The notes below the pieces were generated by a model. It had not been told where the DNA came from, ran no database searches, and saw nothing but the letters and a program-made list of their open reading frames with translations. A program made the position numbers and the translations under genes. From a virus, in the IMG/VR virus record IMGVR_UViG_3300042991_001118, positions 32,001 to 96,000 of that record: a stretch of DNA of 64,000 nt. One strand, given 5' to 3'. Positions 46,343 to 56,080 of the stretch are shown piece by piece. Position 1 is the first letter of the stretch; the number at the start of each line of letters is the position of its first letter.

Positions 46343-47464
46343 TCATCGGACTGCTATATTTAATTCTAATGCCATCCAATACGTACCCCTGTGTATATGA
46401 TCTCCATAACTCTCTTCATATACATTAAAGACAAATGGGCTTGTCGTTGCTGGGACAGCCGATACCTGAGAATATCCAGGACCCCAAATTTCTGCATTCC
46501 CACCACCAGAAAATGAGCCATACATTAAAGTTTTTGTTGGTTCAAAATTATCATGCCCCAAAATTGTTCCATTTGATGCAGTCTTGCTTGTAAGGTTGAT
46601 ACTAACAGTTCTTGTGGCATCCCCTGAACCTCCAAATGGCGTGGTTTTTCCCATTATGGCTTTCGTTATGGCAATTTGAGATGTAACCCACGGCATCGTT
46701 GCAAAAAGATTTGCTGCGGATGGTTTGTATGGTGCTGATGGTCCGAGCATCGCTGCGGCCTGTGCCGCATTTGCGTGATATAATTCATCTAAAACACCTT
46801 CGGGTGCCCGTTGTAGCCCCTCGTGTTTGTTGTGGGGGTGTTCAAATAGAGCCTGATCTAATTTCCCAATTGCGTTTCGGACTGGATCATTCTCTAAGAT
46901 GTAATTGTGATCCGTAAAGGCAGAATAATCTGGTAGTGTCTGTATGAGAGAATCTTTTCCTATAAACCCGGATTTTCTGGCTGTTTCCTGGTCTAAGGCT
47001 TCTAATGCATTCTTATAATATAGCCCTACGGCGAGGGAATATAAGGATGTAAAAGCCCTATCCTCCATTAAATTGCTCATGGTTCGGAGGTCTATAATAT
47101 CACTTTGCTCTACAATCACTGTTCCAGTCTCTGTGATTTTTATTCCAGCAACAGGACATCCATAAGCAGGAATTAAAGGAAGCCCAAACAAATCTGGTAT
47201 GGGATTCACGTTTTCAGTACCAGGAAGAATTCTTGCATCTCCAAGTAAATCAATATAAACCAAATCCCATCTGGTTCTATTTGATGTAGTCACAGGATTG
47301 AATCCAACAGTGTTCTGTTGTTCGGGTTTCCAAATCAAATTGGATCCATCCTTTAACACACCTTTTCCTACACGAATTTGGTTTCCTACTGGGTCTTCTG
47401 CTTGTGGTATAAAACTTTCCGCAAATCCTAATTCAAGTTGTCTTGCAGTTAATTTTGTTAGCAT
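46343..47464 (-). CDS. tail fibre/tip protein
   Basis: R.DLVYID..G, I.DLR, AIGKLD motifs typical of fibre proteins. Confidence 0.6.
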   Translation of the reverse strand: MLTKLTARQLELGFAESFIPQAEDPVGNQIRVGKGVLKDGSNLIWKPEQQNTVGFNPVTTSNRTRWDLVYIDLLGDARILPGTENVNPIPDLFGLPLIPAYGCPVAGIKITETGTVIVEQSDIIDLRTMSNLMEDRAFTSLYSLAVGLYYKNALEALDQETARKSGFIGKDSLIQTLPDYSAFTDHNYILENDPVRNAIGKLDQALFEHPHNKHEGLQRAPEGVLDELYHANAAQAAAMLGPSAPYKPSAANLFATMPWVTSQIAITKAIMGKTTPFGGSGDATRTVSINLTSKTASNGTILGHDNFEPTKTLMYGSFSGGGNAEIWGPGYSQVSAVPATTSPFVFNVYEESYGDHIHRGTYWMALELNIAVR

Positions 47465-47473
47465 AGGTATCTC

Positions 47474-48295
47474 CTACATCAATTCTCTATTTACGACGTA
47501 TATTTCATTGTCTGGATTTAACGAAAAGCCCATAAATTTAATTCCTTTTGATGTTCCAGTCAGGACGCTTTCATAATAATTCTTGTTATAAGCTAATCTT
47601 TGTCCATTTAGGAAAACATCGAGATTTTTTGTTCCAGGAGTAAAATCGATTGGGATAACCAACTCTGTTTCGCCTCCGGTAGCTTCGTAAAAATAATCAT
47701 AGCAAATCGTATCTCTGCCTACAATAGATACGCCAGAACATCCACTTTGCCCTGAATTATTGATTTGAAAAACGATTGTCCAGGTAAACTGGAGTGAAAA
47801 TGCATTTGTCTTTGTTATTTTACCAAAAGTTTTCCTTGCGAACAATAGCCCAGTTAGGAATGGAGAAGTAAAAACTCCTGCCTCTGTATAGTCATATCCA
47901 TTCCCGTCGTCCACTCCCCATGTGGCTTCTAGAATTACAGAATTGCTATTTATCGTTCCTGTAACTGCTTTGCTTTGTCCTGTCGATTGCTGTAACGTTG
48001 TGTCGGCTAAATCAGGTGCTTGTGCTGGGTCTGGATCGCCCAATTCTATATATGAAAATTGTCTTAATCCCGCAGACATTTGCGCCATGACAATTTCGCT
48101 TTGTTTTACCACGAGATTTTTCTCATCGACTATTTTCTCTTTTTTCCCGTTTGGATAAATAGCCGTAATTTCTAAATTTCCTTTAATTTTGAATGGGCTA
48201 TTTTCCTTATTTTCCGTGGTAACAGAACCACGAATGCGATTTTCTTTTTTTAAAATTTCTTGTCGAGTTCTTTGTATTTCCTGGAAGAAATTCAT
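47474..48295 (-). CDS. baseplate/tail-fibre attachment protein
   Basis: NLVV, IELG, TEAGVF, LFARKTF..ITK, W.I.F. Confidence 0.65.
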   Translation of the reverse strand: MNFFQEIQRTRQEILKKENRIRGSVTTENKENSPFKIKGNLEITAIYPNGKKEKIVDEKNLVVKQSEIVMAQMSAGLRQFSYIELGDPDPAQAPDLADTTLQQSTGQSKAVTGTINSNSVILEATWGVDDGNGYDYTEAGVFTSPFLTGLLFARKTFGKITKTNAFSLQFTWTIVFQINNSGQSGCSGVSIVGRDTICYDYFYEATGGETELVIPIDFTPGTKNLDVFLNGQRLAYNKNYYESVLTGTSKGIKFMGFSLNPDNEIYVVNRELM

Positions 48296-48298
48296 TTT

Positions 48299-48754
48299 TT
48301 ACCCTACCACTATAATTTTCCCAGTTATCCCTAATCTATGCTGAACGATAACTCGGTTTACAGATGCATGCGTAATTGATTCTGGCACGACGACGTTCCC
48401 TTCGTTATCCAACACTTCTGTTGAAGGGAAATTACCCAAATCATGATCAAAAACCCATGTCGGTGTTGCTGTATCAAAACTCTTTTCTTTCACTCTTGCC
48501 GATTTCGTTGCATTCCCAGTTTGGAATAAGGTGATCCAGCCATCAATATACGTCTGCAAGTAAACTATTTTTAACACTTTGTCATAATAGATACGGAGCA
48601 TGCCATTCCTTGGTGTTTTGGGATATTCAGGATCGGTCGTGTAGTTAGACCGTCCTAATGCCTCAAAGTTTTCCCGTATCAACTTTGCCGTTGCCATTGT
48701 ATTATTTTGCGGCAAATCAAACCTGAATTGCTCCATGTAAAAATTCCTTACCAA
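48299..48754 (-). CDS. virion structural protein
   Basis: W.F.H.LG.FP..V.D motif. Confidence 0.55.
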   Translation of the reverse strand: MVRNFYMEQFRFDLPQNNTMATAKLIRENFEALGRSNYTTDPEYPKTPRNGMLRIYYDKVLKIVYLQTYIDGWITLFQTGNATKSARVKEKSFDTATPTWVFDHDLGNFPSTEVLDNEGNVVVPESITHASVNRVIVQHRLGITGKIIVVG

Positions 48755-49935
48755 TATTGTATCTCTTCACCAATTCTGATCTTTAATGTTTCAGGGAAAT
48801 ATGTGTTGATAAGACAGTTGTCGTCTAATATCGCAATCTTTTCCTCGTTATTTTTTGTCAAAATTAAGATTTCATCTTGGTTTAGAGGAACTCCATCAAC
48901 AGGGTATGCACGATAATTATCATCTCTCGGATCCATCGCGATTAACTGTCCACAAGATACCGAATCCGTGGCGAAATCGTTGACTATGTCTTCTGGCAAT
49001 AACGCCAAGACAACCAATCTTAATAAGACATGGATCGGACGGACTTCCTCTGCCATCGCAATAATTTTGTCCAGCAATTTTGTCGTCAAAAATTCAGAAG
49101 AATCTTCATGTGCAGCAAAATAGACATCTAGATCTATTCTCGCAGCAGAATATGGGAATTCATCTGTAATATGTTCGTAATCTGTTTTCACGTCTTCTGT
49201 CGTCGCAGACGTGAAAGATAAGGAAAATTTTCCAGTCGCATAATTTATCTTTCCAGAACAATTCTGACCTAACAAAGAACCATATTTTTCGTCTAGAGAA
49301 TTTCCGATATCTCTTAAAGAATAATCGCTAGAATAGACGAACACACTACCAGGCTTAATTGGAAGCTTTGCAAAGAATCCAGTATACTCCGCACTGCCCA
49401 TTGTTGCAAGAACTTCTTTAGTTATTTTTTCCGTTGTATATCTATGCCTGGAATATTGATTATTTGACTCGTGAATGTTTTTTTTGTAGAGAGGAATCGG
49501 GTTGACCTTTATCCCCAATGTCCGATAAAAAGCTGTCCAAGAAATTGGCGTACCTCTCGTTTTATTTAAAGCCACGATGCTTTTTACAATTTCACGTTGC
49601 TCTATCTCTGGCTTCGACGTATCCAGGGGATACCCAAAAGATTCTGATAAATTTCGTAAAAATTTCAATGGGCATCTATCTGGGTCTATAAGGTCTGTCA
49701 GCTTAGAGATTTCCATCTCGTCATGGGTCTCTTCCTGCTCGATACCATAATATAGATTTTTTATTACTGGAAGGAGTCCTATTTCATCCCAGAACTTACC
49801 CTCATCCCATACAAACAAAGGGTCATCCCAAAATGTTATGTTAGAATATACTCCGGTCTTTATGTCTTCTCTTATGATTGCAGGAATTAACCGCCCATAC
49901 AAATCTACCGGAAGATGATTTCCAGGATTTGTCAT
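48748..49935 (-). CDS. baseplate wedge protein (P2 gpI-like)
   Basis: LIDPDRCP.KFL..L...FG, K.RGT, VRPIHV. Confidence 0.75.
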   Translation of the reverse strand: MTNPGNHLPVDLYGRLIPAIIREDIKTGVYSNITFWDDPLFVWDEGKFWDEIGLLPVIKNLYYGIEQEETHDEMEISKLTDLIDPDRCPLKFLRNLSESFGYPLDTSKPEIEQREIVKSIVALNKTRGTPISWTAFYRTLGIKVNPIPLYKKNIHESNNQYSRHRYTTEKITKEVLATMGSAEYTGFFAKLPIKPGSVFVYSSDYSLRDIGNSLDEKYGSLLGQNCSGKINYATGKFSLSFTSATTEDVKTDYEHITDEFPYSAARIDLDVYFAAHEDSSEFLTTKLLDKIIAMAEEVRPIHVLLRLVVLALLPEDIVNDFATDSVSCGQLIAMDPRDDNYRAYPVDGVPLNQDEILILTKNNEEKIAILDDNCLINTYFPETLKIRIGEEIQYW

Positions 49936-52823
49936 ATGTCTAACTCCTCAATAGTTTCAGTTAGGGATACCACAGACAATGCAGGCATGATGTGAGATGG
50001 GACATTCAAATTTCTATATCTTGAGGAAAAATATGTATCGTAATCAATTGTGAAATTCTTTCCCACAATGGGTTGATATGTAAGGTCTGCCTTTAAATGC
50101 CCTGTATCGTAGTCCAGATTGGAATATGGATAAGCGTTCGATAAGGTTCCAAACAGATGTCCGGAATTCTCTGCCAAGAGAATCTTTCTAGTCGAACCAA
50201 AATAATAGCCTACTAAAGGCGTGTACAACAACAAGGTTGTCCCGATAAATACTACAGGGAAATTCCTTGATGCCCCCACAGGTAAAGCCTCCTTAAAATA
50301 TACAAGACCTGTACCCGTAGAATAGTCTACAGTATTCTGTTCATGCGCATCTATATTTACCCCATCAAAATTCCCAGTTCCATTGTCATAAGCCGCATCA
50401 TAGCTTGCAACAATGGTGTCTAGATATAGTTTTATCCTGCCATAATTTTCCTGAAAATTTACCTGTGTTCCGTCCTTGTCTGGGAGTGTCCAGGTTGAAA
50501 AGGTGAATTTTTTACGGATGCCATCGGGAGTTTCCTCAAGATATCCAAATCGAAATGTTTCTATTTCTGGTGCCGGATTAGTATTCCAAACAAAATTTAC
50601 TTGCCCAGAATCATAGTTGATTTTTCCTCCGGACGCAACATCTCCAAGAATATTGCCTTCGCCATCATCATACGCTAGAAGCTGTCCACCAGATTGCATA
50701 CCATAATGGTCATATCCCCCAATGAACGCAACATGGTGTTTCTGGAATGGCAGATACTCTTCAGGCAAAATTAAAGAGACATCCGTTCCAGAACACAACC
50801 CAATATTCCTACGTTTTAAAATTGGGCTATATGCTGCGATAAAATCTACAGAATTTGTTTCTGGTATCTTTAAAGACTCAACCGTATTCATTTTCGCTTC
50901 AAAACGGCATTCTGCCATGACGAATTCCGCTACACCTGGAGCATTTTTAAATGTTGCAGTAAATTTCCCGCCAAGATAATCTATTGCGTTCTCTCCACTT
51001 TCGTCTATATCTCCACCCAACGTTCCATCGCCATTGTCGGATATCTTTTGCAGTCCTCCTGAAATCGCAAAGGATTTTGGGATTATTTGTTGTCCACGAG
51101 GGAAATTGAATACGCCTTCAAATGTCGTTTTTAAAGAGGTATTTTGCCCATAATCGATTGAAGTTTTTGTTGTCCCAATGATGTTTTTAATCGTAACATG
51201 AGAAATCTGTGGAGCTTCTAATATTTTGTCTACTAGTAAGGACATCGCTAAATCCACGCCTGGTCTAACCACGGCGGAATTAAAATAGTTCTCCAATAAA
51301 GTTGATACTGCCTCCGACGCATCGGACAACGAATACCCAGATTTTAAAGCGACATCAAGTTCAATATCAAAATAAAGAACCTCTCCATCTATAATTTCTA
51401 TCGTTACACACGTGGATTTATGCGCATTCATGAAATTCAAAAGTCCATATTTCAAAGCAGAGGTCGCTTTGGAAATTCTTCCATCCGAATCTCTACTCCA
51501 AAGTGCCAGTTGTACAGTGTTCAATTCTGGAATTTTTTGTTTCAATTTAGCATGTGCAAATGATGGCGAACCATATTTTTCATCATTGTATGACATCGCC
51601 AAGACTGAATAATCCTGCGACCTTACAGCCTTTTTGGAAGTCATGGCGTATTTAGGAGCAAGAAATTTGACCCTGTCAAAACTTTCAGCATCCTCTCCAC
51701 CACTTCCAGATTCCGCATTGAATACCAAGACATTTACCCCAGAACCAGACGATATGTAACCCCTGATCGACGTGTTGATAAGACCACGCGATATATTACC
51801 CTTCACGCCATTTCCTACACGATATGTGCATTCAATAGACGCACCTTCTTGAGGTATTCTTCCATATGTCCCATCGCCAAAACGAATAGAAATTTTTCCA
51901 TCAAGAGAATGGCTTGTAACAAATCTCTTTTGTGAACCAGAGATCAAATAGTGGACATCTATCGCCACACCATCGCCTGGTGCCGATGCACTGTCTACAT
52001 CACCAAACATTATCACGGATTCCCCATCTTCGTTTTGGTCTATCTTATACTCCATCGGAGAACCCGAAAATTCATCTACCATAGCCCAGCTTTGATTTCC
52101 GATGGAGACAGAAGGTGTATGCTCTTCCTTGTTTATTATAGCGTTGAGCAACGTCAATTTGTATGATTGAGAACTCTCTCCATTGCCGAAAAAAATATCA
52201 CTTGCTATAGTATTTCCCTCTATAAGGATGAGAGAATCTGTCTTCTCCCAAGATTCGCCATCAATTTCTATTTTGAGAGAATTTTGTAGAAAATTAGGCT
52301 GTGACAACTGAAATGTTTGGAACGGCGTACCAGATGAAATAAAGTTTTCTTTCTTAGTTTCCCCCTCGCTAAAAATTGCTATAGTTGAGTCCTCTTCTCT
52401 TGGCCAGGAAACAGCGTTCGGCGGAATAACGTAAGTTTCAATTGATTCAAAATAAAGGCCATCTGCTGTAATCTTTTCTCCTTTTTTGATAGTTATCGGA
52501 ACATGCTGCGTAGGCTGTGGAGAAAATATAACAGGGACTGACGCACCCGTAGATAATCTACGTTCATATCCTAGCTGCCTAGCCAATACCAGGATGTGTT
52601 CAGGCAACGTTGCAGTTTCTAAAAAGCTGTTCCTCGCCTGCATATCGTAATAATAAGCCCTTTGCCCATGCGCCCAGGCTACGGAATCTATCAAGGCCAT
52701 ACCAATTCCAGTATCAACAATCTCTGGCCAGTCCTTCGGAAATCTGATTTTAATCCAATTTATTAAAGCCGCACGGACGCTTTGAAAACTTCGATCTGTA
52801 TAGGAAATTTTAGGCTCAACCAT
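49932..52823 (-). CDS. baseplate wedge subunit (T4 gp6 / gpJ-like)
   Basis: YTDRSF.S, FLETA, LGY, FGDG..G..P, YRVG.G..GN, GG.DAES, AV...DY. Confidence 0.88.
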   Translation of the reverse strand: MVEPKISYTDRSFQSVRAALINWIKIRFPKDWPEIVDTGIGMALIDSVAWAHGQRAYYYDMQARNSFLETATLPEHILVLARQLGYERRLSTGASVPVIFSPQPTQHVPITIKKGEKITADGLYFESIETYVIPPNAVSWPREEDSTIAIFSEGETKKENFISSGTPFQTFQLSQPNFLQNSLKIEIDGESWEKTDSLILIEGNTIASDIFFGNGESSQSYKLTLLNAIINKEEHTPSVSIGNQSWAMVDEFSGSPMEYKIDQNEDGESVIMFGDVDSASAPGDGVAIDVHYLISGSQKRFVTSHSLDGKISIRFGDGTYGRIPQEGASIECTYRVGNGVKGNISRGLINTSIRGYISSGSGVNVLVFNAESGSGGEDAESFDRVKFLAPKYAMTSKKAVRSQDYSVLAMSYNDEKYGSPSFAHAKLKQKIPELNTVQLALWSRDSDGRISKATSALKYGLLNFMNAHKSTCVTIEIIDGEVLYFDIELDVALKSGYSLSDASEAVSTLLENYFNSAVVRPGVDLAMSLLVDKILEAPQISHVTIKNIIGTTKTSIDYGQNTSLKTTFEGVFNFPRGQQIIPKSFAISGGLQKISDNGDGTLGGDIDESGENAIDYLGGKFTATFKNAPGVAEFVMAECRFEAKMNTVESLKIPETNSVDFIAAYSPILKRRNIGLCSGTDVSLILPEEYLPFQKHHVAFIGGYDHYGMQSGGQLLAYDDGEGNILGDVASGGKINYDSGQVNFVWNTNPAPEIETFRFGYLEETPDGIRKKFTFSTWTLPDKDGTQVNFQENYGRIKLYLDTIVASYDAAYDNGTGNFDGVNIDAHEQNTVDYSTGTGLVYFKEALPVGASRNFPVVFIGTTLLLYTPLVGYYFGSTRKILLAENSGHLFGTLSNAYPYSNLDYDTGHLKADLTYQPIVGKNFTIDYDTYFSSRYRNLNVPSHIMPALSVVSLTETIEELDI

Positions 52824-52825
52824 AT

Positions 52826-53209
52826 TTATTCCTTCGCGAACTGTAAAGTCGTTTGTTGTTGGATTCGATCATGGTCGTCTTGATCTTCATAATTTATTAC
52901 GATGACAATCTTTTTTTGCTCACGCTTAATGGAAATATTCGTTACTTTAATCCTAGAATCTTGTTCTAAATCTTTTTGGACATAAAAATAGATCAAATTG
53001 ATCACGGAATCCGTAATTAAATCGAATACGAGATATGGTATCCAGGAACCGAATTCTGGATTCCAAACAACCGTACCCTTGGGTGTCGTTAAAATCAATT
53101 CTATTGAAGTCCGAAGCGAATCTCTCCGTTTTTTATTCCCAATGATACCTTTTATCGTCGTACCAAAAGGAAATGCGGCATCCGATTTTTTTTCGCTTAT
53201 CTGTCCCAT
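52826..53209 (-). CDS. baseplate gp25/gpW-like protein
   Basis: SI.LILTTPKG...W.PEFGS, D.RI. Confidence 0.85.
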   Translation of the reverse strand: MGQISEKKSDAAFPFGTTIKGIIGNKKRRDSLRTSIELILTTPKGTVVWNPEFGSWIPYLVFDLITDSVINLIYFYVQKDLEQDSRIKVTNISIKREQKKIVIVINYEDQDDHDRIQQQTTLQFAKE

Positions 53210-53210
53210 A

Positions 53211-53924
53211 TTACGATCCCTTTATATTCACTGTTGCGTGTTCATCTTCTGTTGCTTGTTGCTCTGGAATCCCCGTAGTAGTCACAGTACCATCTCCTGG
53301 TATATACTTGTGAGTGTGAGAATTGTATAAATCCAACATCGCTTTCGTTAGTAATTTTTTTGCCTGTGCTTCCTGTCCTAAAATAATATTTGTACACACT
53401 AAAGTGAAAACTCCAGAAACCGTCGCTGTCAATGCAGCAGAAAACGATAGCATTGCAGCCGCAATCACGGACATGGTAAATGTCGCTCCGAGTGTTATTT
53501 TTAACGCCATGGCCTTTAAATTCATATCCTGCGATGCAACAATGTCTATCTTCCGATTTTTATCGTCAAGCAAAAGATAATTTCCGCCAGGAGATTGTAT
53601 CAGATAATTTTTTGGATCTGGGGTATACGCAATATTGGATAATTTTTCCTTATTACTTACCCAAGAACCAATCCAAATAGGAGAATCTGTATATCCAGCG
53701 AGGAACATAATCCATATCCCAGTCCCAATTTCTGGAATCATGAAAAACCCAGAATTTTTTCCAATAAATGGAAAACATGGGAAGGCCCAGGGTAAATCAG
53801 AATTCGATATTCCATCTTGTTCTGTTCCAAAAATTTGTTCAACTCGTATCTTAACCCGTCCTTGTTGCAGTGGGTCTTTATTATCAATGACAATTCCTGG
53901 ATAGATTCCGTGATAATTTTTCAA
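53211..53924 (-). CDS. baseplate spike (gp5/gpV-like)
   Basis: G.V.DN.DP...GRVK.RV, LPWA, P.IG..W..F..G....PIW.G, H.H tip. Confidence 0.85.
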   Translation of the reverse strand: MKNYHGIYPGIVIDNKDPLQQGRVKIRVEQIFGTEQDGISNSDLPWAFPCFPFIGKNSGFFMIPEIGTGIWIMFLAGYTDSPIWIGSWVSNKEKLSNIAYTPDPKNYLIQSPGGNYLLLDDKNRKIDIVASQDMNLKAMALKITLGATFTMSVIAAAMLSFSAALTATVSGVFTLVCTNIILGQEAQAKKLLTKAMLDLYNSHTHKYIPGDGTVTTTGIPEQQATEDEHATVNIKGS

Positions 53925-55141
53925 TTTAGCCTCCTAGCCGAAATTTTAGAAGACATATCCCTTTCTGATTCTGTTGGAATATACGAATCACTTCCCTGTG
54001 CTGAGTAAACCTGTCCATCAACATTTAATGTTCCATAATTGAAAGTTTGCCTAAAGCCAGCAATTGTCGTTGTGAAAACTAAAGGATTTTCAGCAGGGCT
54101 ATACTGGTATAGGATTTCATGTACAGGGTATTTCCCATTCATGCAAGAAACTCCCTTAGAATCCTTAGCCACTAATTCTACCATGTCTCCTAGTGAAATG
54201 TCAACCTCTCCGATAAGGGTAGCCTGATAGTCGAATTTCTTTTGTGCTGTATAGGAAAAAAACGCATTGGACATCATCTGCAATTCAGAATAACTCTGTT
54301 TCCCAGTAATAATTCTCTTTATCCCCGTACCAATTTGAGAATGCATTTTTTGTGATAGAGATGGGAATTCTCCCTTCTTTGGGGATGCATCTAGGAGTTT
54401 TTTATTTAAGATATCGTATCCGATAACATGGAGTTCAGACCCACCATTATTATCAATCTCGTCACCATTACACGAAAAATTTATACTATCTATTCTGTCA
54501 TCTCCGGATCCTATCCCGTATTTCTTACTGATTGGATTGGCGTATTTTAAAGACCTCAAAAATATCGTCCGATTCTTGACGTAAAGATATGGATAAAATG
54601 CTCCACCTGTAAATGCAATGTCTTCCCTCAAAGCCTGCAACATTTCCCAATCCGTCATGCTTGTTTGATACCATGTTCCAGAATACGGGATGTCATCCGA
54701 GTCTACTAATAACCCATATTCATTTGCTATTAAAGACAAAACGTTCCGGACTGGCATTTGAACAAATGCACGAAATTTTTCTTTTTGTTGGAGTAGAGAA
54801 CTCAAAGATTTTCCATGTACCGCAACAACAGGCGTTGTCCCATAAAAAAAAAGAGTTGTTTTAACAACTCTAAATAATCTCCAGGCTGTTGATTGCTCAA
54901 AATTATTCTTTTTTACGGATATCTTCACGGCGTGAATTTGCTTACTGAATTGCAATTCTTCATCGGATGAGACATTGGATGGGATGAATTGAAAATTAAA
55001 ATAGGATTCTCCCGAAAGAATAGATTCCAACATCGTGAAATTGATAATTTTATCAGTATAGTCAATTCCAATCAGTTTTGTGTCTATAAAATCCGGAACA
55101 TTTAACGCTAAATTGATAGAAACAGAATTTATTTTCCCCAT
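53921..55141 (-). CDS. baseplate hub (gp27 / late control D-like)
   Basis: Q..MTDW..L..L, G.Y.V.E..Y; position in the module. Confidence 0.7.
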   Translation of the reverse strand: MGKINSVSINLALNVPDFIDTKLIGIDYTDKIINFTMLESILSGESYFNFQFIPSNVSSDEELQFSKQIHAVKISVKKNNFEQSTAWRLFRVVKTTLFFYGTTPVVAVHGKSLSSLLQQKEKFRAFVQMPVRNVLSLIANEYGLLVDSDDIPYSGTWYQTSMTDWEMLQALREDIAFTGGAFYPYLYVKNRTIFLRSLKYANPISKKYGIGSGDDRIDSINFSCNGDEIDNNGGSELHVIGYDILNKKLLDASPKKGEFPSLSQKMHSQIGTGIKRIITGKQSYSELQMMSNAFFSYTAQKKFDYQATLIGEVDISLGDMVELVAKDSKGVSCMNGKYPVHEILYQYSPAENPLVFTTTIAGFRQTFNYGTLNVDGQVYSAQGSDSYIPTESERDMSSKISARRLN

Positions 55142-55142
55142 T

Positions 55143-55457
55143 TTACTGTCCCAATAATGCAGATTTAATATTTTCCAATTTAGGGATAACCAAAGGTTTC
55201 CCTGGGACTACTTCTGTATTCAAATTTTTGATTCCATTTACGTATGCAATACACCACCATAGGTCGCTATCACCATATTCTTTGAATGCTATAGTATTCA
55301 ATTGACCAAGCATCCCTCTGTTGACCGTGATGATTTTCTCATCACCATCTAATCGAATGTATGGTGGATTCCACATCCCAAAAAACGCCTTCCCACTGGA
55401 TGTGTACAGCGATGTCGTTTTAAATCTGGACGTGAAAGGGAGTGTTAATTCTATCAT
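55143..55457 (-). CDS. LysM-like baseplate protein (gp53/gpX-like)
   Basis: L..IA...YGD..LWW.IA..N.I...G..L.IP. Confidence 0.8.
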   Translation of the reverse strand: MIELTLPFTSRFKTTSLYTSSGKAFFGMWNPPYIRLDGDEKIITVNRGMLGQLNTIAFKEYGDSDLWWCIAYVNGIKNLNTEVVPGKPLVIPKLENIKSALLGQ

Positions 55458-56080
55458 GACTTCACTCCTAGCGAACTATCTGATCCTAATGGTGGAAGCG
55501 ATTCTCTACAACTTGCCCGTTGCACGATGTCATACCAGTCTGAATAGTAAGATGCCACTCTTTTAATCGATAAAGAGACCTCTGCAACTTTTGGTCTGAC
55601 GGTTTCTGGCTGTAATTGAGACCATTGAATATTTACGCGTTGAACAACGCCTTGGACTCGCGTAAACTGTCCAAACGTTACCAAAACGAATGGCGGAGAA
55701 CCGACCGCCATAAATCTTTTTTCAGAAGATGATCGTCGAATCGTAGGCTTTGGGAAGGCTAATGCCTGTAGCCAACGCGCCTTATTCTCTAGGTCTATTA
55801 AGTCCTGTTCAAGATTTTGTTTTCTTTGAGCATCATTTTGTGCTGGGACTCTAGAAACATGCATCCCCGCAACGAAAACCAATTTCAAATCTAAATCTCC
55901 AAAATCTCCGCCAGAATATTGCGCCGTTACAGCTTCTGAGGCTCTTCCTCGTTTCCCACTATAACTACAGCCGTAATTCTCGTCTAGCCCGTCAGGAGGA
56001 AATGACTCGAATGCCATTCTCTGAGTTGGATCATCAAGTAAAGCGATAGAGCATTCAATGGGTGGTCCCTGTGTCGCCAT
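55454..56080 (-). CDS. tail tube initiator-like protein
   Basis: PP.VLV.FG...GVV..V.I.W, P..AEVSL; follows the tape measure. Confidence 0.65.
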   Translation of the reverse strand: MATQGPPIECSIALLDDPTQRMAFESFPPDGLDENYGCSYSGKRGRASEAVTAQYSGGDFGDLDLKLVFVAGMHVSRVPAQNDAQRKQNLEQDLIDLENKARWLQALAFPKPTIRRSSSEKRFMAVGSPPFVLVTFGQFTRVQGVVQRVNIQWSQLQPETVRPKVAEVSLSIKRVASYYSDWYDIVQRASCRESLPPLGSDSSLGVKS

